A stretch of 64,000 nt of DNA, from positions 65,289 to 129,288 of the forward strand of contig CAIFEB010000004.1 of NCBI GenBank assembly GCA_903789375.1. The letters are read 5' to 3'. The notes beneath the pieces are model-generated. The model was not told the origin of the DNA, did no database searches, and was given only the letters and a program-made list of their open reading frames with translations. Each line of letters begins with the position of its first letter. Positions within the stretch are counted from its first letter, which is position 1. Positions 1-6,903 of the stretch are shown piece after piece. This stretch comes from an uncultured Eggerthellaceae bacterium. Lineage in GTDB: Bacteria; Actinomycetota; Coriobacteriia; Coriobacteriales; Eggerthellaceae. The translations under genes and the position numbers were made by a program.

Positions 1-3000
1 CCTGACGACCAGCTGTACGGCAGCTCTGTCAAGTGGTACGTCACCGCGAACGGCGGCACGGGTACGACGGTGAGCACCTCCGAACAGAGCACGCCGATCA
101 CGCCCGAGATGCCTTCGGCCGATGCGTATCCTCCAATGTACGTCACCGAAGTGTACGCCAACGACGGCACCGGCGAGTACAGTTACTTCGAGGTGTACAA
201 CGCCTCCGACAAGCCGATCAACCTGTCGTACTTCAAGATCTTCTACTACTACAACTACCCCGCCTACACCGCCTCGCAGTCCGGCAAGATTTGGACGCTG
301 TCCGACTTCACCACGTTCCTGCAGCCCGGCGAGACGATGGTTTACTGGCTGGCTAACGACGGCACGACCGTCGACGACTTCAACAATCACTTTGGCACCA
401 ACCTGGAGCTTGGCAAAGACATCGTGCAGGTCAGCTACCCGGGCCTGCATGCCTCCGACAACCGGTGGATCCGCTTCGGCACGTCCGAGGACAACGCGTT
501 CTCGCTCGTCGGCTTCAACACGAAGAGCACCGGCATTTCGAGCAAGGGCACGGCTTTCCAGTACACCTATCCGCGCGGCGCCAACGCGAACGAATCCGTT
601 TCCGTGGACATTGAGAATCCCACGCCCGGCACGGTGAAGGATTGGCAGAAGGCGCCGATTACGGCCAAGTTCAACGGCTATGCCGGCTACCCTGCCGACG
701 ACGGCAAGGCGCCGACGCTTTCCGTCAACACCGAGGAAGGCTTCCCCATTCCTTCGTCGATCGACGAGGGCGACGACCTGAAGGTCATGTACGACACCGA
801 CCTGCTGCTGGGCGCCACCGACGCCGCCCGTCTGAGCTCCTTCAAGGACAACGTCGATCCGAGCAACCCCACGAACTACCCCGGTGGCGCAGAAACGCTC
901 AAGGAACGTCCGTACCTGCTGGGCACCGAGGTGCTGTACAAGCTTGACGACGATACCGAGTGGACCACCGTTCGCCAGAGGACACAATGGCGCTTGGGGC
1001 ACTTCCTCATGCAGATTCCGGCAGACGTGCTGTTCGGTCACGACAAGGTGACGTACAAGGTGCGCGCCTACACGCTCTACGGCATGTCCGAGACCGAGGA
1101 GACGACGGTTCCCATCAACCGCCTGCAGAACAGCACGGACAGCGTTCGCATGAACGTCAACAACGGTGACGTCGTTTCCGGAACGACCACGATAACAGCC
1201 AACAACGGTGGCGACAATACTGCAACATCGATATCCGTCGACGGCACCCCTGTCTCAGATTCTCGCCTGTCGCTTGAAAACGGCGCGTACTTCCTGGTCA
1301 AGACGACCGGCATGGACAGCTACTTCAAAGACGCCGTCACCGCGCCGTTCGGAGACGACCCGCGCGACATCCTGACCATCATGGGCAACTGGTGCGAATC
1401 GCCGACATCGCGCGCCATCCACGTGGACAACAAGTACTTCACCTACGATTCCGCCACCGATTCGTACAAGATGGACCTGACCATCTGGGCTGGCGGCACG
1501 GGCACGCCGTTCGAGGAGATCTACGACGAGGTGGCAACGGCCAACCACGAGGATTTCAACGTCAGCGGCCTGCAGCTCGCGCTCGAGAACGGCAAGACCT
1601 ATCTTCCGACGTCAATCTCCCCGGACAACGCCAAGACGAACACGTCCACGGCTCTCGACGCCGTCCACACCATCGGCGACAGCGCGGGCATGGTTCCGCA
1701 TCTGACCGCCTCATTCAGCATTCCCGCCTCCGACGCCACGGCGCAGGGCGCTACCGTGGACACCACGAAGCTCTCCGATGGCGAGCACACCATCACCGCC
1801 ACCTCCAACGACAAGACCACGACGGCCAAGATTATCGTGGACAACACGGCCCCAACCATCGACTTCGGTATCGACGACACGACGACCTACTACAAGCCGT
1901 TCACGCTTGATGCCGGCAAGATTGCATTCGATGCCAACGGCATCAAGTCCCTCGACGTCACGCTCGACGGCGAGACGATTCAGCTGCCCGACACCATCGA
2001 TCCGCACGACCTCGCCGAAGGCACCCACACGCTCAAGGCCATCGCAATCGACAACGCCGGCAACCTGGCGCAGAGCTCGGTCACTTTCGCGACCGGCATC
2101 GACGACCCGGATGTCTCCAAGAACGCGGCGGGCGACGTCGAGTCCGCGAGCGCCGACCTGTCGGTCGACGTAGACGGCCCGGCCAACGTGACGTTCTACC
2201 AAGGCCGCCAGCTGACCACCGACAACGGCGGCATCGTCGCCGCCTCGGGCCAGGCGCAGACGACCAGCTCGGGCGCCACGGGCGAATCCCCCTATCAGCT
2301 GTTCAAGCTGAACAGCGGCGACGTATCGGCTGACGACGCGCTTCAGATCAACTGGAACGGCACGGCAACCGCCGGCGACAGCGACCACCCGCTGACGCTG
2401 TTCGCCTACAACCAGGCGACGAGCGCATGGGATTCCGTGGCGACGGCCGACAGCACCGACGCCCTGTCCGCCCGAATCGCCGGCACCTACGCCAAAGACG
2501 GCGCAGTCTACCTGGCTGTTCAGCGTGTGACCGCAGACACCGCCTGCACCGCCCCGGCTCCCACGGCCGACATGTTCGGCGCTTCCAACGCACCTGCCGC
2601 CACGACGCTCGACGCCAGCGCGCCCCTCTCGTCCTGGGACGGCACGAGCGCGCCCGACAACTACGACTTCTGCTTCGCATGGGAGACCGACACCCAGTAC
2701 TACGCCGAGAGCTTCCCGTACCATTACACCAACATGAACCAGTGGATCGTGGACAACGCTTCCAACCTGGACATCCGCTACGTCCTGCACACCGGCGACA
2801 TCGTAGATGACTTCGATATGACCGGCGAGTGGATCAACGCCGACAACGCGATGAAGATCTTCGACGACGCGGGCATGCCCTACGGCGTCCTGGGCGGCAA
2901 CCACGACGTGAGCGCCGGCATGGAGGGCTACGGCAACTACTGGAAGTATTTCGGCGCCGACCGCTTCACCAACAAGAGCTACTACGGCGGCACGTACAAG

Positions 3001-4167
3001 AACAACCTCGGCCACTACGACCTGTTGACCGAAGACGGGCAGGACTTCATCGTCCTGTACATGAGCTGGGACATCTACACCGACGAGATCAACTGGATGA
3101 ACCAGGTGCTCGCCCAGTACCCCGACCGCAAGGCGATCATCGCGCTGCACCGCTACACCAACGTCGTTGCGTCCGACCAGATGCTCGACTACACCGGCCT
3201 GCTGCTGCAGAACGAGGTCGTGGCGAAGAACCCCAACGTGTTCTGCGTTCTGAACGGCCACTACCACGGCTCGAGCATCCAGACCGACTCGTTCGACGAT
3301 GATGGCGATGGCGTGGCGGAGCGCACCGTGTACCAGATCGCCACGGACTACCAGTCCGACCCTGAGGGCGGCTCTGAGTACATCAAGTTCTTGTACTTCG
3401 ACCTGCAGAACAACAAGATCTACATGAACTCGTACTCGCCGTACCGCAACGACTACAACTACTACGACGCGGCGAAGCTCTCCTCCTACGGCGCCGGCAC
3501 CCATGCGGCCAACCAGGACATCATGGAGCTCGACGTGCCGTTCAACACCGATGCGAAGAGCCTGACCACGAGCTCGATTTCTGCTGATGTTCAGACCGAT
3601 GATGTCATCGGCACGGTCACGGACGCCAACGGCGCCGCCTCGTACACCTGGACGGGCCTCGATCCCGATACCCAGTACGGCTGGTACGCCGAGGTGACCA
3701 ACGACAACGCCGGCGTGACGCGCACCCCGGTGACGCTGTTCACAACCGACGTCAAGTCGACGGACAACCCCGGCACCGGCGACAATCCGGGGACGGGCGA
3801 TAACGCCGGCTCCGGCAACAACCCGGGCGCGGGCACGGGTGACAATCCCGGTACCAGCACCGGCGACAACAACGGCGCCACCGACGGCAAGACCGAAGAC
3901 GAGACCAACGGCGCCTCCGGTTCCGATAACGCCGCCGATCCCAATGCCGACGGCTCCAGCGCCGGAACGGACAACGCGGGCACCGGCTCCGCGACGAGCA
4001 ATACCGGCGCGACCTCGGGCTCGAAGTCGACGGCCCCGCAGACCGGTGACGCAACGCTGCCCATCGCGGGCACCGCGGGCCTCGCAGCCCTCGTGGCCGG
4101 CGCCGTTGCAGCGTGGCGCGTCCGCGCCCGCCGCGCGGTCGAGCAGGGACTGCACGTTCGCAAGTAG
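1..4167 (+). CDS. Cell-wall-anchored surface protein, 5'-partial, with calcineurin-like metallophosphoesterase domain, Ig-like repeats, a Thr/Gly/Asn/Pro-rich stalk and a C-terminal APQTG sorting signal + TM + Arg tail
   Basis: ORF 70..4167 is open in the same frame back to base 1 with no stop, and the start at 70 would lack a signal peptide, so the gene continues upstream of the window. Metallophosphoesterase motifs LHTGDIVDD...GNHD are present. The C-terminus reads ...APQTGDATLPIAGTAGLAALVAGAVAAWRVRARR, an xPxTG-type sortase motif followed by a hydrophobic segment and basic tail. Confidence 0.8.
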   Translation, partial: PDDQLYGSSVKWYVTANGGTGTTVSTSEQSTPITPEMPSADAYPPMYVTEVYANDGTGEYSYFEVYNASDKPINLSYFKIFYYYNYPAYTASQSGKIWTLSDFTTFLQPGETMVYWLANDGTTVDDFNNHFGTNLELGKDIVQVSYPGLHASDNRWIRFGTSEDNAFSLVGFNTKSTGISSKGTAFQYTYPRGANANESVSVDIENPTPGTVKDWQKAPITAKFNGYAGYPADDGKAPTLSVNTEEGFPIPSSIDEGDDLKVMYDTDLLLGATDAARLSSFKDNVDPSNPTNYPGGAETLKERPYLLGTEVLYKLDDDTEWTTVRQRTQWRLGHFLMQIPADVLFGHDKVTYKVRAYTLYGMSETEETTVPINRLQNSTDSVRMNVNNGDVVSGTTTITANNGGDNTATSISVDGTPVSDSRLSLENGAYFLVKTTGMDSYFKDAVTAPFGDDPRDILTIMGNWCESPTSRAIHVDNKYFTYDSATDSYKMDLTIWAGGTGTPFEEIYDEVATANHEDFNVSGLQLALENGKTYLPTSISPDNAKTNTSTALDAVHTIGDSAGMVPHLTASFSIPASDATAQGATVDTTKLSDGEHTITATSNDKTTTAKIIVDNTAPTIDFGIDDTTTYYKPFTLDAGKIAFDANGIKSLDVTLDGETIQLPDTIDPHDLAEGTHTLKAIAIDNAGNLAQSSVTFATGIDDPDVSKNAAGDVESASADLSVDVDGPANVTFYQGRQLTTDNGGIVAASGQAQTTSSGATGESPYQLFKLNSGDVSADDALQINWNGTATAGDSDHPLTLFAYNQATSAWDSVATADSTDALSARIAGTYAKDGAVYLAVQRVTADTACTAPAPTADMFGASNAPAATTLDASAPLSSWDGTSAPDNYDFCFAWETDTQYYAESFPYHYTNMNQWIVDNASNLDIRYVLHTGDIVDDFDMTGEWINADNAMKIFDDAGMPYGVLGGNHDVSAGMEGYGNYWKYFGADRFTNKSYYGGTYKNNLGHYDLLTEDGQDFIVLYMSWDIYTDEINWMNQVLAQYPDRKAIIALHRYTNVVASDQMLDYTGLLLQNEVVAKNPNVFCVLNGHYHGSSIQTDSFDDDGDGVAERTVYQIATDYQSDPEGGSEYIKFLYFDLQNNKIYMNSYSPYRNDYNYYDAAKLSSYGAGTHAANQDIMELDVPFNTDAKSLTTSSISADVQTDDVIGTVTDANGAASYTWTGLDPDTQYGWYAEVTNDNAGVTRTPVTLFTTDVKSTDNPGTGDNPGTGDNAGSGNNPGAGTGDNPGTSTGDNNGATDGKTEDETNGASGSDNAADPNADGSSAGTDNAGTGSATSNTGATSGSKSTAPQTGDATLPIAGTAGLAALVAGAVAAWRVRARRAVEQGLHVRK

Positions 4168-4330
4168 CCGGCAGCCTGTAAAGCGAACGGCTTGCCGAGC
4201 GGCCGTCCGACGATTCTAAATCGGACGGCCGCGAAGGCACACGGAATTGAGCGACCGCACCTCCCACCCGCTCAATTCGCATCACTTGGTAGACCTGCCG
4301 TGAGCGTAAGAGACAGCGCGAAGCCAACAA

Positions 4331-4370
4331 GAACCGCCCATCCTCTCGCGAGGGTGGGCGGTTCTCTTTT
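4331..4370. terminator. Bidirectional intrinsic terminator-like hairpin between convergent genes
   Basis: Stem gaaccgcccatcc / ggtgggcggttc with loop tctcgcgag, followed by TCTTTT on the + strand and a T-rich run on the - strand. Confidence 0.5.
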
Positions 4371-4461
4371 CGCTCTGAGATATCGGATGTCGGAATCGGC
4401 GCAAGCGGCTATCGCGCGTGCCGGCATTGCATGCGCGACGCGGGCGCGTACGCTCACCTCA

Positions 4462-5274
4462 CTAGAGTCCGAGCGCCTTGCGGTAGCAGCGCTCCTCCTC
4501 GTCGGTGAACACGTCGAACACGACCCTCAACGCGCTGCCGGTCTCATCGAGCCAGCTGGACACCGCATCCACGGCTATCGGCGCCGCTTCGGCCACCGGA
4601 AAGCCGAACACGCCGGTGCTGATGCCGCAGAACGCAATCGATTCGAGCCCGTTGTCGCGGGCGCACTCGAGACAGGACAGATAGCAGCTGACGAGCGCCG
4701 CGCGGTTGCGGTCGGTCACCTGCCCCATGCAGATCGGCCCCACCGTGTGGATGATGTGCTTGGCTGGCAGATTCCATCCGCTTGTGATCTTCGCCGCGCC
4801 CGTCGGCTCCTCGTGTCCCTGCGCGCGCATGAGCTCGGCGCATTCCAGCCGCAGCTGGACGCCGGCGAACGTGTGGATGGCGTTGTCGATGCATTTGTGC
4901 CCGGGCACCCAGCACCCGAGCATCTGAGAGTTGGCGGCGTTGACGATGGCGTCGGCGCGAAACGCCGTGATGTCGCCCCGCCACAGGGAAAGCCGGCCAT
5001 CATGCGGCGACGGTTCCGTATTCGAGATATCGGCGATGCCCCGATTGGCAACCATGCCGGTGAGCAGCCGATCCTGCGCCTGAAGAAGGTCCGGGTCGGC
5101 TTCGGCAGGCGGCCGCGTGTTCACGAGCGCGCGAAACTCCGCGAACAGGTCGTCGACCTCGCCTGCCGTGCGCGCCTGCTCGTCCCGCTCTTCGGCGAAC
5201 CCCGCCACGAGCTCCGCCAGCAGCTGCTTCGCTTCCGCATGCGGGAGTTTGTGGTAGCCGATCGTCTCGTTCAT
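4462..5274 (-). CDS. Macro-domain (ADP-ribose / O-acetyl-ADP-ribose processing) protein with ~95-aa N-terminal extension
   Basis: Macro-domain motifs LWRGDITAFRADAIVNAANSQMLGCWVPGHKCIDNAIH, HIIHTVGP and CGISTGVFGFP. Start chosen at MNETIGY; the ORF track extends to 5400. Confidence 0.75.
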   Translation of the reverse strand: MNETIGYHKLPHAEAKQLLAELVAGFAEERDEQARTAGEVDDLFAEFRALVNTRPPAEADPDLLQAQDRLLTGMVANRGIADISNTEPSPHDGRLSLWRGDITAFRADAIVNAANSQMLGCWVPGHKCIDNAIHTFAGVQLRLECAELMRAQGHEEPTGAAKITSGWNLPAKHIIHTVGPICMGQVTDRNRAALVSCYLSCLECARDNGLESIAFCGISTGVFGFPVAEAAPIAVDAVSSWLDETGSALRVVFDVFTDEEERCYRKALGL

Positions 5275-5465
5275 CGCAGCAGCCCCTTCCTGGCGCACCG
5301 TCTGCGTTGCGCCGATTCGTTCGAGCGGATCTGCCCGGTAGGTTTCGCCGCACCTGTCCAATACTGTGATGGTAGCGCTCCGAAACGCCTGATTCCGCAC
5401 CGTTTCCGTTCCGTTGACACGGCGGGTGTGAGACGCCGTTCTTCGAAGCTGCGATGCTGCGTTGA

Positions 5466-5705
5466 GCTTCGGCCCTCGCTTTCAAGGAGCTGAGCGATGA
5501 CGAGGTTCCCGCGTTCGCCCGCGCGCTCGACCGCATCGATCGCGTGCTCAAGGATACCTGCAACATCCCCGAACATCCCCATGGCCCGGCGGGGCACGGC
5601 CGCCCCGAAGGACACGCCCGCCCCGAAGGCAATCACGGCCACGGTGAGCATGGCGACCACAGCCACGACGAGGGACATCATGGACATCCCCATGGCGCGG
5701 AATAG
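5466..5705 (+). CDS. Possible small His-rich metal-binding protein (start codon unresolved; alternative Met/Ala/Val-rich reading on the minus strand)
   Basis: Open + frame encodes ...AFKELSDDEVPAFARALDRIDRVLKDTCNIPEHPHGPAGHGRPEGHARPEGNHGHGEHGDHSHDEGHHGHPHGAE*. There is no in-frame ATG; candidates are GTG 5544 or CTG 5490, and AAGGAG at 5484. The reverse complement reads MGMSMMSLVVAVVAML... (Met-rich, TM-like), so the coding strand is ambiguous. Confidence 0.25.
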   Translation, partial: ASALAFKELSDDEVPAFARALDRIDRVLKDTCNIPEHPHGPAGHGRPEGHARPEGNHGHGEHGDHSHDEGHHGHPHGAE

Positions 5706-5778
5706 TATTCATATTGTTACCACACGCTAACTTTCAACGAACGACATCCGATTGCGGGCAACCGCGGAGAGGACAGAG

Positions 5779-6582
5779 ATGGCTAAGAAAGTCAAACTGT
5801 CAGCCAAGATAGCGCTCGACATCATCATGTTCGTGGCGCTGATTTTCCTGTACAAGGCGAAGGTGCTCACGCTCACCTACCACGAGGTCATGGGACTGGG
5901 AATCGCACTGTTCTTCCTGGTTCACTGCCTGTTCAACCGCACGTGGATCGTGGACACGGGCAAGAAGCTGTTCAGCAAATCGACGCCGGCGCGCACCAAA
6001 TTCGGCTATTGGATCACGATTCTGCTCGTCATCGATTTCCTGCTCATCATCGTCAGCGGCATATTCATCTCGAAAATCATCTTCCGCGACGCCATCTCGA
6101 GCCTGAACCTGGGCGACACGAGCATCTTCCGGAACATCCATCTGTTCTGCTCCGTCCTGTCGCTGATACTCATCGGCATCCACGTGGGCATCTACTGGCC
6201 GATGGTGAAGGGTTTCTTCGCCAAGCGCATCAACCTGCCCAAGCGCGTCGGCACGACGCTTGCCTACGTCCTTCTGGCCGTCATTGTGGCAACAGGCGTC
6301 TACTCCCCGCCGACGTCGAGCTTCACGAACTGGCTCACCTCCCCGTTCGTGCAGCAGACCGGACACGATCACGGTCACGGCGACCAAACAGCATCGGGAG
6401 ACGCAACCGTGAGCGCATCCGCAAGCGCATCGGCTTCGAGCTCCGCGAAGTCAGGCCACGGCGACGCCGCCTCCGTTGAATCGACGTCAGATGCTTCGAA
6501 TGCGAAGAGCGCCAACGCGAGCAACCACGGCAACGTCATCACGCCGCAGAACATTATCACGACGTTCTACCAGTACACGTAG
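5779..6582 (+). CDS. DUF4405-like polytopic membrane protein (cytochrome b561-like fold family) with Ser/Ala/His-rich C-terminal tail; frame continues past an in-frame TAG to 6681
   Basis: RBS GGAGAGG, 6 nt, then ATG 5779. Multiple TM helices and the motif LVHCLFNRTWI. TAG at 6580-6582 is followed in frame by IVGLFAVITFYIDRALRKRAKAKHDAVKVSEA* (a TM segment plus basic tail). Confidence 0.6.
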   Translation: MAKKVKLSAKIALDIIMFVALIFLYKAKVLTLTYHEVMGLGIALFFLVHCLFNRTWIVDTGKKLFSKSTPARTKFGYWITILLVIDFLLIIVSGIFISKIIFRDAISSLNLGDTSIFRNIHLFCSVLSLILIGIHVGIYWPMVKGFFAKRINLPKRVGTTLAYVLLAVIVATGVYSPPTSSFTNWLTSPFVQQTGHDHGHGDQTASGDATVSASASASASSSAKSGHGDAASVESTSDASNAKSANASNHGNVITPQNIITTFYQYT

Positions 6583-6903
6583 ATCGTCGGTTTGTTCGCC
6601 GTCATCACGTTCTACATCGACCGCGCGCTGCGCAAGCGCGCGAAGGCGAAGCATGACGCCGTAAAGGTGAGCGAAGCGTAGGTCGCCGATTCCCATGCGG
6701 CGAAAGCAGACTCTCTCTCGCGGAGCGCGCGGGGCGATTGCTCCGCGCGCTCCATTCGTTTGCGCTCTTCGCCTCACGACCCGCACTGGCGTCCCTCGTG
6801 CAAATGCGGAGCGCCCGGACTACCCGAGCGCTCCGCTTTTTATCTATCCACGAGGGGTGCTGACCCCTCGCGTATCTTCGTCAGCGTGTCCGTGCCAGCG
6901 AAT

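Noticed and set aside
1711-4155. 814-aa ORF on the minus strand
   Set aside because: Antisense shadow of the surface-protein gene. Arg/Gly/Val-rich junk composition typical of the wrong frame in GC-rich DNA.
4192-5493. 433-aa plus-strand ORF
   Set aside because: Antisense to the macro-domain gene. Arg-rich, with no recognisable domain.
5271-5693. 140-aa minus-strand ORF ending in an ATGA overlap with the macro-domain start
   Set aside because: Only the first ~75 aa look protein-like (the mirror of the His-rich plus frame) and the C-terminal half is Arg-rich junk. Kept only as the alternative reading in the His-rich-ORF finding.
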